24,673 nucleotides of DNA from a virus (IMGVR_UViG_3300020042_013343:1-24673), one strand, 5' to 3'. Numbered from the stretch's first letter, positions 1-9,284 are shown. Translations and numbers: made by a program. The notes: generated from the sequence alone by a model not told the origin.

Positions 1-72
1 ACAAGTCCTTGGGCGCATATGAATAGCAATTACTATCCGCCAACTTGGATTAATATTGATAATAAGAATTAA
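1..72 (+). CDS. 3' end of a truncated ORF, possibly a glycosyltransferase (GT11-like C-terminus)
   Basis: Frame 1 reads TSPWAHMNSNYYPPTWINIDNKN* and ends 2 nt before the next ATG. PxxWIxI resembles GT11 C-termini, and the context is sugar genes. Confidence 0.3.
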   Translation, partial: TSPWAHMNSNYYPPTWINIDNKN

Positions 73-74
73 AA

Positions 75-1031
75 ATGACAAAAGTAGTTTACGTAACAGG
101 ATGTTTAGGGTTTATAGGATCCTATGTAACAAGAGCTTGTTTAAATAAAGGATGGTATGTTAAGGGAGTTGATAAAGGAACGTATGCAGCTAATAAAGCT
201 TTACTAAAAGAATTTAAAGACTACAGTAACTTCTCATTTGTTGATTGCGATATAAATGATCTAAAGTTTTTATACGATTGTGATTATATAATCAATACAG
301 CAGCTGAGACTCATGTAGGTAATTCAATTGCTAACTCAGATGATTTTGTATCTTCAAATGTAAATGGAGTTCACAATCTATTAGAGTTGATTAAGAATCA
401 TAGAGGAGAGCATTCAACTAAACCTACCTTACTTCACTTCAGTACAGACGAAGTATATGGAGATATTGAAGAGGGAGAACATATCGAAACAGACTTACTT
501 AAACCATCCAATCCATACTCAGCTACTAAAGCAGCAGCCGATATGCTTGTAACAGCATGGGGTAGAACATATAATCTTCCATATGTAATAGTTCGACCAA
601 CAAACAATTATGGAGCAGGTCAGTATACAGAAAAGTTAATTCCAAAAGCTTTAAAGTATTTAAAACTAGGAAAGAAGATTCCATTACACAATGGAGGTAC
701 TCCAATCAGAACTTGGCTTCATGCCCAAGATACAGCCAACGCTGTTATAAAGATAATCGAATCAGGAGTACAGAATGAAATATTTAATATCTGTGGAGGA
801 TTTGAGCAAAGTAATTTGGAAACCATTAAAAAAGTTCTTACATTGTATAATAAGGATCAGGTTTATATGCTGGAAGACTTTGTAGACTTCTCATATGACA
901 GACAAGGACAAGATGTTCGATATGCTTTGAATGATGATAAATTAAGAGCATTAGGATGGAAGCCTCAAATAAACTTTGATACTGAATTAAAGTATATTGT
1001 AGAATATTATAGAGAAAAATTCATATGGTAA
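75..1031 (+). CDS. rmlB: dTDP-glucose 4,6-dehydratase (extended SDR)
   Basis: TGCLGFIG Rossmann motif, AAETHV, STDEVYG, PSNPYSATK (YxxxK) and NNYG motifs typical of RmlB/RfbB. Confidence 0.9.
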   Translation: MTKVVYVTGCLGFIGSYVTRACLNKGWYVKGVDKGTYAANKALLKEFKDYSNFSFVDCDINDLKFLYDCDYIINTAAETHVGNSIANSDDFVSSNVNGVHNLLELIKNHRGEHSTKPTLLHFSTDEVYGDIEEGEHIETDLLKPSNPYSATKAAADMLVTAWGRTYNLPYVIVRPTNNYGAGQYTEKLIPKALKYLKLGKKIPLHNGGTPIRTWLHAQDTANAVIKIIESGVQNEIFNICGGFEQSNLETIKKVLTLYNKDQVYMLEDFVDFSYDRQGQDVRYALNDDKLRALGWKPQINFDTELKYIVEYYREKFIW

Positions 1032-1642
1032 AGTTAAAAAAGAGAATAGCCGAAATAGCTTATACACATAAGCTAGGACATTTAGGAAGCTATCTATCAA
1101 GTGTAGAAATTGTTGATGAGATCTTTTCTAAGATGGATAAAGATGATATCTTTATACTATCCTCAGGTCATGCATCCTTAGCAATGTATGTATGCTTGGA
1201 GAAGTATCATGGAATAAATGCTGAGGAGTTATTTATCAAGCATGGAGGACATCCTCATAGAGATGAAGAGAATAAAATATACTGCTCAACAGGAAGTCTA
1301 GGATTAGGATTAACGATTGCTCTAGGAAGAGCAGTAGCTAATCCAAAGAGAAAGGTTTGGGTATTGATAAGTGATGGTGAAGCAGCTGAAGGAAGTATTT
1401 GGGAGGCTTTAAAAACTATTGTAGAGGAAAAGATTGATAACATAGAAGTATTTGTTAACATAAATGGACTATGTGCGTATAAAGAAGTTGATCAAGATTA
1501 TATCTCAGCTAGATTGAAAGCATTTTTACCTACGATCAACTTAAGGTACACTACAGTGGAGCAGTATCCTTTCTTAAAAGGACTAAATGCTCACTACCAT
1601 GTAATGAATGAAGATAATTATAATCAAGTTTTAGAATCATAA
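1025..1642 (+). CDS. Transketolase-like N-terminal (TPP-binding) subunit
   Basis: GHLGS, ILSSGHA, STGSLGLG and SDGEAAEGSIWE...N TPP-binding motif. Confidence 0.88.
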   Translation: MVKLKKRIAEIAYTHKLGHLGSYLSSVEIVDEIFSKMDKDDIFILSSGHASLAMYVCLEKYHGINAEELFIKHGGHPHRDEENKIYCSTGSLGLGLTIALGRAVANPKRKVWVLISDGEAAEGSIWEALKTIVEEKIDNIEVFVNINGLCAYKEVDQDYISARLKAFLPTINLRYTTVEQYPFLKGLNAHYHVMNEDNYNQVLES

Positions 1643-1643
1643 T

Positions 1644-2120
1644 ATGAGAAGAACGTTTGCAAGTTTACTGCACCAGGAAATGGAGCATAATCAGGACATA
1701 CATTTAATAACAGGTGACTTAGGTTACGGATTATGGGACAGTATTAGAGATACTTATCCTGATCGCTTTCATAATGTAGGTTCTTCCGAAATGGTTATGA
1801 TGGGAATGGCTATTGGATTGGCAATGGAAGGAAAGATTCCTTTTGTATACTCTATTACTCCTTTTGCAATCTATAGGCCTTTTGAAATGATTAGAAATTA
1901 TTTAGATCATGAAAAGATTCCTGTAAATATTATTGGAGGAGGAAGAGATAAAGAATATGGTTACTTAGGATTCTCTCATTGGTCTCATGACGATAAAAGA
2001 ATTATGGGAGTATTTGATAATATCAAAACATATCATCCAGAAACAGATGAAGAGTTAACAGACTTCTTTAAGTATACATTACAAAAGAGATCTCCAATCT
2101 ATATCAATTTAAAGCGATGA
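1644..2120 (+). CDS. Transketolase-like pyrimidine-binding subunit (short, no C-terminal domain)
   Basis: TGDLG, PDRFHNVGSSE, GLAMEG, RPFEMIR and GFSH motifs; 158 aa. Confidence 0.85.
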   Translation: MRRTFASLLHQEMEHNQDIHLITGDLGYGLWDSIRDTYPDRFHNVGSSEMVMMGMAIGLAMEGKIPFVYSITPFAIYRPFEMIRNYLDHEKIPVNIIGGGRDKEYGYLGFSHWSHDDKRIMGVFDNIKTYHPETDEELTDFFKYTLQKRSPIYINLKR

Positions 2121-2890
2121 AAATATTAATCACAGGCGGGAATGGTTATCTAGCAAAGAGTATTACAAAGAGCTTATGGAGTAAGTATCATATAATAGCT
2201 CCAGGTAGAGATGAGTTAGACTTAACCGATAGTAAGTCTGTTGATCGTTTCTTTAAAGATAAATACTTTGATGTAGTTATACATACAGCTATAAAAGGTG
2301 CAGCTAGTCCTAGAGATCCAGACGAGACTATTTCATTTTGGAATTTAGTTATGTTCTATAACTTAATGTCAAAGAGAGATCATTTTAATAAACTAATCAA
2401 TATAGGTTCAGGAGCTGAAAGATACTTATCAGAGACTCCGTACGGACATAGTAAAAGTATTATCAATAAGTTAGTTCATAAGTATGATAACTTTTATACT
2501 TTAAGAATATATGGAGTGTTTAGTGAGGATGAATTAGAGACAAGATTTATAAAAGCTAGCATCAATAATGTATTACAAGGTAATCCAATAAAGATACATC
2601 AAGATAAGCTAATGGACTTTATTTATATGACTGACTTAATCTCTATAGTTGAGCATTACATTGTAGGTAAAGATCTATTAAAAGAAGTAGACTGTATATA
2701 TGACGATACTGTTTCGTTAAGTAATATAGCTCAGCAAATAAATAATCTATCAATAAATAAAGTACCAATCAATATAGAGGATCCTCTTCCAGGACAGAAC
2801 TATCTAGGAACTTACAGCGATCTTCCAATAGCTTACCTAGGATTGGAACAAGGAATTAAAAATGTTTACAATAAATTAAATAACATATGA
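2117..2890 (+). CDS. NAD-dependent epimerase/dehydratase/reductase (SDR)
   Basis: ILITGGNGYLA, YGHSK (YxxxK), LRIYGVF, DFIY; ATGA overlap with the upstream gene. Confidence 0.85.
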   Translation: MKILITGGNGYLAKSITKSLWSKYHIIAPGRDELDLTDSKSVDRFFKDKYFDVVIHTAIKGAASPRDPDETISFWNLVMFYNLMSKRDHFNKLINIGSGAERYLSETPYGHSKSIINKLVHKYDNFYTLRIYGVFSEDELETRFIKASINNVLQGNPIKIHQDKLMDFIYMTDLISIVEHYIVGKDLLKEVDCIYDDTVSLSNIAQQINNLSINKVPINIEDPLPGQNYLGTYSDLPIAYLGLEQGIKNVYNKLNNI

Positions 2891-4200
2891 GCACAGAAAA
2901 AATAAGTTTTTGTATTAATACATCTAGGAATGAAATAAATCATGTTAAGTTATTATTTCGATCACTGGAGCAAAATCTATCTACAAAAGAGCATGAGATT
3001 GTAGTATTTATTGATAGCGATAATCAAGGTACTTTTGAATGGCTACTTACACAGAAGAGTATCTTTCCTAATTTAAAGATACTTAGAAATACACTTCCTA
3101 TCTGTTACGGATATTCTAGAAATATTAATGAGATGTTTGAGCAGGCTTCTAATGAGATAGTCTCATTCTTACAATCAGATATGGTAGTGTGTAAAGATTA
3201 TGATTTAGAGATACTAAAAGGACTCGAACCAGGAATGATGCTATGCTCAACTAGAATTGAACCACCTCTACATCCACCAGGCCCAGAAAAGATAACACAT
3301 GATTTTGGATTAGATCCAGAAACGTTTGACTTAGAGACTTTTACACACTTTGCAGAAAAGCATAAAGAAGATAGATTTTCAGTATATTTCTTTGCTCCAT
3401 TTACAATGTACCGAAAAGAATGGCTATCAGTAGGAGGACAGAACACTCTCTTCAGACGATCTAGAGAAGATAGTGATATGTTAATCAGAATGGTATTAAA
3501 TGGAACAAAAATGTCTCAGACTTGGAGAGCATTAGTATACCACTTTACTTGTACATCTAGTAGAGGTCCAAAATGGTTTGATCAAGACAATAAAGAAGCA
3601 CAAGAGCGGTTAAGATATCAACAACTAGCAGACATGTACGAGCTCCATAGATTTATATCGCTATGGGGAGCTTTCAAGCATGGAGACTTAATAGGTAGTG
3701 AATATAAGAAACAAGTCTACTATAATATTGCAGCTAAAATTGACACTACAGGTGCATCTTTGGAGCAGTTTTTAGAATTTGAAAGATTTTTCGATAAGAC
3801 CTATGTACAGGATACTTCTCTAATAGTTCAAACACAGAAAGTTTATGATGATCAACATAAAGCCGCTAACATACTACTAAACATAACCGACGATGTTTGG
3901 GAAGAATATAAGTATATGTACAATACCTTAGATGCATCCTCTAGAATTAAACCTCTCTCAGAATTAGAAGAAGATTCTGTGGATATATTAATAGAGTTTA
4001 GTATAAAAGATGTACATGATAGTTATATTCATGGTTTCTTAGGGCAGCTACAGGACATATTAGATGAGACTGACGATACAGGTGAGTTTAGTTACGGGCC
4101 ATTTACTTTACAAATTAATAATAAGGTAGATAGAGCAAAAGAAAGAGGAATAATAACAAACCCTCAGGTAAAGCCAGAGCATTTATACGAGGTATACTAG
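2887..4200 (+). CDS. Glycosyltransferase family 2 protein with C-terminal extension
   Basis: ISFCI start, EIVVFIDSD, FLQSDM (DxD-like), VGG...REDSD and VYHF; located in the sugar cluster. Confidence 0.72.
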   Translation: MSTEKISFCINTSRNEINHVKLLFRSLEQNLSTKEHEIVVFIDSDNQGTFEWLLTQKSIFPNLKILRNTLPICYGYSRNINEMFEQASNEIVSFLQSDMVVCKDYDLEILKGLEPGMMLCSTRIEPPLHPPGPEKITHDFGLDPETFDLETFTHFAEKHKEDRFSVYFFAPFTMYRKEWLSVGGQNTLFRRSREDSDMLIRMVLNGTKMSQTWRALVYHFTCTSSRGPKWFDQDNKEAQERLRYQQLADMYELHRFISLWGAFKHGDLIGSEYKKQVYYNIAAKIDTTGASLEQFLEFERFFDKTYVQDTSLIVQTQKVYDDQHKAANILLNITDDVWEEYKYMYNTLDASSRIKPLSELEEDSVDILIEFSIKDVHDSYIHGFLGQLQDILDETDDTGEFSYGPFTLQINNKVDRAKERGIITNPQVKPEHLYEVY

Positions 4201-4209
4201 AAACTAAAC

Positions 4210-4217
4210 TATTTATA
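4210..4217 (+). promoter_or_regulatory. TATTTATA motif, candidate phage-sigma (late) promoter
   Basis: 10 nt upstream of ATG 4228; the same octamer lies at 20721-20728 just before ATG 20733. Confidence 0.3.
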
Positions 4218-4227
4218 GTAAAAACAT

Positions 4228-4581
4228 ATGAGCTTGATAAACGAAATAAAAGAGATGTTATCCGAAGTTACAAAAGTAAATTTCAAAGGAAATAAATTTG
4301 TACTTAAGATAGATGTAAACGAAGATCCAAATAAGAAAGGAATCAAAGTACAATTCCTTCCAACTACCTTTGCAGGTATGTCTAAACAACAACAAGACAA
4401 TATCGCTATGGACTTAGGAGCTAAGTTGAATCAAGGACTATCGGCTCTAGGCTTAGCAGTTGAGAGAGACAGAGAACTAAAGGATAAGACGATTGTAGGC
4501 TTCTTTATATATATTGAATACCTAGATAAGATTATTATCAATGCTCTAAATCAAGCAGCAAACGAACCAAGTAACAATTAA
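4228..4581 (+). CDS. Hypothetical protein
   Basis: 117-aa ORF with A-rich start context. Confidence 0.75.
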   Translation: MSLINEIKEMLSEVTKVNFKGNKFVLKIDVNEDPNKKGIKVQFLPTTFAGMSKQQQDNIAMDLGAKLNQGLSALGLAVERDRELKDKTIVGFFIYIEYLDKIIINALNQAANEPSNN

Positions 4582-4591
4582 TTAAAAAGAT

Positions 4592-4804
4592 ATGCCACAG
4601 TTTTGCTTTTATTCAAAAAATAACCACACACAAGAACCAATAGGAGTTGTGTATGCAGCAAGTAAAGAAGAAGCAGTAAAATTCTTCTCATTATCAAAAC
4701 AGTTACCAATAAACGATTTTCTAACAATTTTTGAAGTAAAGAACTACACGTATGGTACACAAGAAGGACTTAAGGAAAACACTAAACAGCTTCTTAAAGG
4801 CTAG
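4592..4804 (+). CDS. Hypothetical protein
   Basis: 70-aa ORF with A-rich leader; overlaps the next ORF by 53 nt. Confidence 0.55.
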   Translation: MPQFCFYSKNNHTQEPIGVVYAASKEEAVKFFSLSKQLPINDFLTIFEVKNYTYGTQEGLKENTKQLLKG

Positions 4805-5162
4805 TATTAGAATAAAGGAAAAGGATATGGCTAGAGAGGTACTCGAAAAGAAGCTCTTCATAGAAAATATCATCCTTTTAAGAGAGATAGAGGATAGGAG
4901 AGACTTCATGGAAGAAGAGATCGGAGTTGATATGTCTATCTACGAAGAAAAGTTTCTACAAATAATAGAAAATCTATTCAAGATACACTTCAGCAAAGAA
5001 CAATTTGCATTAATCCAGTACTACCTATACCAAGTACCTAACATAGACAATTGGGATGGAATGATAGATCTTTCAGATGGAAAGGATATGATTACAGTTA
5101 AGTTTGAAACACCTGAGCAGGTTTGGAATGTAATAACTAGCTTAAAAGAAGTTAAGAAATAG
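4752..5162 (+). CDS. Hypothetical protein
   Basis: 136-aa ORF ending directly before the promoter at 5163; start uncertain. Confidence 0.7.
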   Translation: MVHKKDLRKTLNSFLKASIRIKEKDMAREVLEKKLFIENIILLREIEDRRDFMEEEIGVDMSIYEEKFLQIIENLFKIHFSKEQFALIQYYLYQVPNIDNWDGMIDLSDGKDMITVKFETPEQVWNVITSLKEVKK

Positions 5163-5193
5163 TTGCCTAAGAAGAGTATTGTTCTTATATTTA
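5163..5193 (+). promoter_or_regulatory. Bacteroidota-type promoter TTG-N20-TATATTTA
   Basis: TTG 5163, TATATTTA 5186-5193, followed by GGTAT and an A-rich leader to ATG 5220. Confidence 0.75.
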
Positions 5194-5219
5194 GGTATAA
5201 TTAATAAACAAAAACGGTT

Positions 5220-5621
5220 ATGAATTTAGAAATGATTCCTTGTACAAGATGTGGCAATGATATGCCAAAGCTCCGATTAGACACTTACGGATACGATTTC
5301 TGTGTTAATTGCTCAGATGTAAAACCTAAGGTAGGGCGTATTAGAGTAGTAGGAGAAGGAGACTATACAGTAACAGAGCTAGATATCTTAGATCAAGATA
5401 CTGCTAGAAGACTTCAAGAGCTGGAGAATACTTCAAGAGGAGTAAGAAATGTTCCATTAGAGATCTTAAACTATGACGAAGATGAGATAACAGATGATGC
5501 TAAAGCATTAGATGCTGTTATTGAAAAGACTCTAGACGATGATTTAGAAATCGAAGAGGTAGAAGAAGACTTAGAAGATCTAGAAGATATAGATGATCTA
5601 GAAGACGAAGATGAAGACTAA
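5220..5621 (+). CDS. DksA/TraR-like C4 zinc-finger protein with acidic tail
   Basis: CTRCGNDMPKLRL...FCVNC resembles CxxCGxxIxxxRL...CxxC; C-terminal D/E run. Confidence 0.6.
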   Translation: MNLEMIPCTRCGNDMPKLRLDTYGYDFCVNCSDVKPKVGRIRVVGEGDYTVTELDILDQDTARRLQELENTSRGVRNVPLEILNYDEDEITDDAKALDAVIEKTLDDDLEIEEVEEDLEDLEDIDDLEDEDED

Positions 5622-6275
5622 ATGCCAGCAGCTAAATTCATATCTAAAGATGATTGCCTCAGAGCAATGGACAACACTAAAAGTAATAGAGGAGCAGCTC
5701 GATTTCTTCGTTGCAGCTTTGTCCATTATAAGAAGTATGCCAGAACTTATGTAAACGAAGAAGGAATATCTCTATGGGAGGTTCATAAGAATCCAGCCGG
5801 AATAGGTATTCCTAAATATCTTCCTAACAAAGGCAAGCAAGCACCTCTTAAAGAACTAATCGAAGGAAAGATATCAGTAGCTTCTTTTGAGCCGGCTAAG
5901 ATCAAACAGAGATTAATCTTTGAAGGGTACTTGAAAGAGGAATGCAGTCGATGTGGCTTTCATGAAGAGAGAGTAACAGATCATAAAATACCTTTGATAC
6001 TTCAATTTAAGGATAAGAATAAAGTCAACTATGAGCTTACTAATATTGAGCTTATGTGTTACAATTGTTCTTTCCTGTACTCGGTATCACCTATTACCGA
6101 CAAGCAAGTAGCAGCAGCAGAGGATTCTGTTGACAGACAAGTAAGAGATTTTGATTGGGAGGTAGATGATGCAATGAAAGAGCATCTAGAATCATTAGGG
6201 CTTTGGAAAGAAGAACCTACAGATGGTTCACAATACATCTCAGAAAACTTTAAGAGGAATGAAAAAGAAGACTAA
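5622..6275 (+). CDS. Putative DNA-binding protein: HTH-like N-terminus plus degenerate HNH/Zn domain
   Basis: SNRGAARFLRCS (HTH-like); CSRCG...PLILQFKDKNKVNYELTNIELMCYNC follows the HNH pattern but lacks the catalytic His. Confidence 0.55.
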   Translation: MPAAKFISKDDCLRAMDNTKSNRGAARFLRCSFVHYKKYARTYVNEEGISLWEVHKNPAGIGIPKYLPNKGKQAPLKELIEGKISVASFEPAKIKQRLIFEGYLKEECSRCGFHEERVTDHKIPLILQFKDKNKVNYELTNIELMCYNCSFLYSVSPITDKQVAAAEDSVDRQVRDFDWEVDDAMKEHLESLGLWKEEPTDGSQYISENFKRNEKED

Positions 6276-6387
6276 ACCTACCAGAGAAAGAATTGTAGCC
6301 AACAAGCTTGTAAAGCAATCTGAACAGAATGAAAAGCTGAGAGAGAAAACAATCAGTAATTCTTTTTGGAAATTGTTTGGAAAATAG
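6259..6387 (+). CDS. Small basic hypothetical protein (42 aa; not in the ORF track)
   Basis: MKKKTKPTRERIVANKLVKQSEQNEKLREKTISNSFWKLFGK* fills the gap up to the next promoter. Confidence 0.55.
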   Translation: MKKKTKPTRERIVANKLVKQSEQNEKLREKTISNSFWKLFGK

Positions 6388-6418
6388 TTGCTAGTACGAA
6401 TCTTTGTTCGTATATTTA
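6388..6418 (+). promoter_or_regulatory. Promoter TTG-N20-TATATTTA with ACGAA/TTCGT inverted repeat
   Basis: Same geometry; shares ACGAATCTTTGTTCGTATATTTAGGTATA with the 7336 copy. Confidence 0.78.
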
Positions 6419-6441
6419 GGTATAGAAATTAAAAAAAGGTT

Positions 6442-6771
6442 ATGGCAGAAAAGACAGGCGCTACAGTCAAAAAGATTCACGATTTTAATACCTCAGGTGT
6501 ATTAGAAGTATGTATCAAAGGAAATTGGTATAGAACTACTTGTAATGAGTTCAGATCATTCGATGGTAAAAGAAGAATAACTGAGCCGTTAAAGCAGCCA
6601 GGACTTGGAGATAGCTTTGATGATATAGAATTTAGAACGTATGACTATAATGGTCCGGTTTATATTCTATTAACTAATCTAGAGGTAATCAGAATGGATA
6701 CAGAGACTATTGTAACTAATCCAAAAATGCCAGTCAATCAAAAATCAGAAGTAAATAGTAATCGTATATGA
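6442..6771 (+). CDS. Hypothetical protein
   Basis: 109-aa ORF directly after the promoter and leader. Confidence 0.75.
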   Translation: MAEKTGATVKKIHDFNTSGVLEVCIKGNWYRTTCNEFRSFDGKRRITEPLKQPGLGDSFDDIEFRTYDYNGPVYILLTNLEVIRMDTETIVTNPKMPVNQKSEVNSNRI

Positions 6772-7061
6772 GAAAATTAGAAATAGAATCTTTAGAACAA
6801 TTAGAATCTATCTTCAGAGAAAGATCAGTCGATATGACAAATAATATCAGAGAAGGTATTGAGGAAGCTATGAAGAGTAAGAAGAAGACAGCCATCTTAT
6901 TTGAAATATTTATGGATGGAATGGATACTTCTTTTGAGATATCACTCTCAAAGAAAGAATGGATAATAGCTCTAGAGAATTGCTTGAAGCATTACAGCGA
7001 ATGGGAGATGGGAGATGAAGCAATTGATACTTATTTACTAATCAAAGAATTGAAAGCATGA
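6768..7061 (+). CDS. Hypothetical protein
   Basis: 97 aa; ATGA coupling at both ends. Confidence 0.75.
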   Translation: MRKLEIESLEQLESIFRERSVDMTNNIREGIEEAMKSKKKTAILFEIFMDGMDTSFEISLSKKEWIIALENCLKHYSEWEMGDEAIDTYLLIKELKA

Positions 7062-7312
7062 TAAAGCCTTATGTAAAAGTATTTGTATGTGAGAAGACTG
7101 GAATCAAGTCAACCTATACATATAACGGTGCAAGTATTGTAAATGGAATGATAAAAGCTGAGTTCGAATATCCTAAACAATACTTGGATGACTTCGCTAA
7201 AAAGGAAAAGATTAAGAATAATCTTCCGAAAACAAAACAAATGTTCTTAAATCCTGCAACAGGAAAAGAAGTCGGTTACTACAGAGCTAAGAACTTAGGC
7301 TTGGTAAAATAA
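7058..7312 (+). CDS. Hypothetical protein
   Basis: 84 aa; ATGA coupling. Confidence 0.7.
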   Translation: MIKPYVKVFVCEKTGIKSTYTYNGASIVNGMIKAEFEYPKQYLDDFAKKEKIKNNLPKTKQMFLNPATGKEVGYYRAKNLGLVK

Positions 7313-7335
7313 ATTAAAAAAAGTTACTAAAAAAG

Positions 7336-7366
7336 TTGCTATAACGAATCTTTGTTCGTATATTTA
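7336..7366 (+). promoter_or_regulatory. Promoter TTG-N20-TATATTTA
   Basis: TTG 7336, TATATTTA 7359-7366, upstream of the DUF932 gene. Confidence 0.78.
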
Positions 7367-7395
7367 GGTATATTAATCAATTAAAACAATCAGTT

Positions 7396-8214
7396 ATGTT
7401 ATCAAAATTCACTACAGGTTTAGATTCTTACCTTACAAAAGATCAAGTAAAAGCTTTAGCACCAGTAGCATTTGCTACAGAGCCAACAAGTGATAAAGTA
7501 AGTAGTAAGTACTTACTAGTAAATACTGAGACTATCATCGATGACTTAGAAAAGTTAGGATGGTTACCAGTAACAGCCTCACAGAGAAAATCTAGAGGTA
7601 AAGATACAATCTTCTCAAAGCACATGGTATCATTTCAGAATCCAGATCTTATGATCAAAGGTAAGAATGGTGATGATGCTTTCCCAAGAATCATTTTAAC
7701 TAACTCTCACGATGGATTTAATTCATTTCAGTTCAGAGTTGGTATCTACAGATTAGTATGCTCAAATGGATTGGTAGTAGCTGATGAGGAATTCTCAGCA
7801 TTCAGAATCCGTCATAAAGGATATACCTTCGAAGAATTAAGAGGAGTAGTATCTCAAGCAGTAGCTGATCTTCCTAATAAAGTACAGATCTTAAATCAAA
7901 TGCAGTTAAGAGAATTGACTCCTGCAGAGCAAAGACAATTGGCTATCGATGCAATGCAATTGAGAACTAATAGAATCGATGCTGAATGGGATGAAGAGAC
8001 TATTCAAGATGTTTTAACTCCTACAAGAGATGCTGATAAAGGAAATGACCTTTGGAAAGTATTTAATGTAATCCAAGAGAAGATTACTCAAGGAGGATAC
8101 TCAGCAGCCTTAACTGGTGCTAAAGTAAGAAAGGTTAGAAGAATTAAATCATTCGAGAAAGATCTAGAAGTTAATCAAAAGCTATTCAAATTAGCTACAG
8201 CATTGATCAACTAA
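7396..8214 (+). CDS. DUF932/DUF945-family protein
   Basis: ILTNSHDG, GIYRLVCSNGLV, RIRHKG and LWKVFNVIQE motifs. Confidence 0.85.
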   Translation: MLSKFTTGLDSYLTKDQVKALAPVAFATEPTSDKVSSKYLLVNTETIIDDLEKLGWLPVTASQRKSRGKDTIFSKHMVSFQNPDLMIKGKNGDDAFPRIILTNSHDGFNSFQFRVGIYRLVCSNGLVVADEEFSAFRIRHKGYTFEELRGVVSQAVADLPNKVQILNQMQLRELTPAEQRQLAIDAMQLRTNRIDAEWDEETIQDVLTPTRDADKGNDLWKVFNVIQEKITQGGYSAALTGAKVRKVRRIKSFEKDLEVNQKLFKLATALIN

Positions 8215-8453
8215 TGGATAGAGAGAAGTATCTACAGATGAGAAGAACTGGCCAATATGACCTTGGCTGGTTCTATCAATACTACCTAGAGAATAAGGAT
8301 AAGGATAAAATGACTCCTCCCTTTGAAGCTTTTCATCAAGCCTTTAATATGTACTTTCAAATGAATGGAGGATTTATTCTAGACCATATGGATAAGAAAA
8401 TGGAAGTAACGAAAATAGAAAACGAACAAGGAAATTTAATTTATATAAACTAA
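8214..8453 (+). CDS. Hypothetical protein
   Basis: 79 aa; TAATG coupling. Confidence 0.7.
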   Translation: MDREKYLQMRRTGQYDLGWFYQYYLENKDKDKMTPPFEAFHQAFNMYFQMNGGFILDHMDKKMEVTKIENEQGNLIYIN

Positions 8454-8454
8454 A

Positions 8455-8697
8455 ATGGCAGAAGGCAAAGTAAAAACACCGAAGGAATTGATGGCAGACT
8501 TAAAAGGAAATTACATTCAAGTAATTAAAAAGAATGGAAAGACTCATGACAAGCTCTATAAAGACCCTCAGAGAGCGATCAGAGGAGTAGGAGGAGTTGA
8601 TAATGTAAAATACCTTAGAGAGGTTCTTAAAGAGCAGGTCAATTCAAGATACGTAGAAGTAGATTCATTAACCGGAACACCAGAAAACGAATTATAG
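8455..8697 (+). CDS. Hypothetical protein
   Basis: 80 aa; tight packing. Confidence 0.7.
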   Translation: MAEGKVKTPKELMADLKGNYIQVIKKNGKTHDKLYKDPQRAIRGVGGVDNVKYLREVLKEQVNSRYVEVDSLTGTPENEL

Positions 8698-8699
8698 TT

Positions 8700-8900
8700 A
8701 TGGAAAAATTAGGAGTAGTATTAGCGGCATTAGGAATGCTAGTTGTAGTAGCAATTGTATTAGCATGGCCAACACAATGGCTTTGGAACAACGCTTTAGT
8801 AGGAGCAGCAGATGGATTCAATCCAATTGGCTTTTGGCAAGCATTAGGAATTAATATCCTATGTGGAATTTTATTTAGAAATAATAACTCAAATAAGTAA
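8700..8900 (+). CDS. Small membrane protein (2 predicted TM segments)
   Basis: Hydrophobic LGVVLAALGMLVVVAIVLAW and FWQALGINILCGILF. Confidence 0.7.
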   Translation: MEKLGVVLAALGMLVVVAIVLAWPTQWLWNNALVGAADGFNPIGFWQALGINILCGILFRNNNSNK

Positions 8901-8922
8901 AATATAGTAAAAATAATTGATA

Positions 8923-8959
8923 AAAGAGTTGCTAACGCAGCTCTTTGTTCGTATATTTA
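8923..8959 (+). promoter_or_regulatory. Promoter TTG-N20-TATATTTA overlapping a terminator-like hairpin
   Basis: TTG 8929, TATATTTA 8952-8959; hairpin AAAGAGTTGC-TAAC-GCAGCTCTTT. Confidence 0.7.
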
Positions 8960-8985
8960 GGTATAGAAACAAACAAATAAAGGTT

Positions 8986-9162
8986 ATGAAAGTAGAAGAT
9001 TTAAAAGCAGGTGATAAGTTTAAGATGAATGGACTATCAGTGAGCGGTAAGCAGACTAAGGTTAAATGTGAAATGATCCGATACAATGGAATGGATAAGT
9101 ACATTGTAGTATGCCAGGGTATTAGCTTACTGGTAGATGGTACTGATGAAGTATTTGTATAA
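8986..9162 (+). CDS. Hypothetical protein (start revised from 8917)
   Basis: ATG 8986 follows the promoter and leader; the 8917 start would run through the promoter. Confidence 0.7.
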   Translation: MKVEDLKAGDKFKMNGLSVSGKQTKVKCEMIRYNGMDKYIVVCQGISLLVDGTDEVFV

Positions 9163-9178
9163 CTAGAAGGTAAGAGCT

Positions 9179-9277
9179 ATGACAGAAGAAGAGTTACAAG
9201 TACTGCTTGACGAGGAAGAGACTTACATCAACGAATGGAGAGATAGTCTAACGCAAGAGCAGATTGATTCGATTTAA
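9179..9277 (+). CDS. Small acidic peptide (32 aa; not in the track)
   Basis: MTEEELQVLLDEEETYINEWRDSLTQEQIDSI*. Confidence 0.5.
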   Translation: MTEEELQVLLDEEETYINEWRDSLTQEQIDSI

Positions 9278-9284
9278 AAACTTA

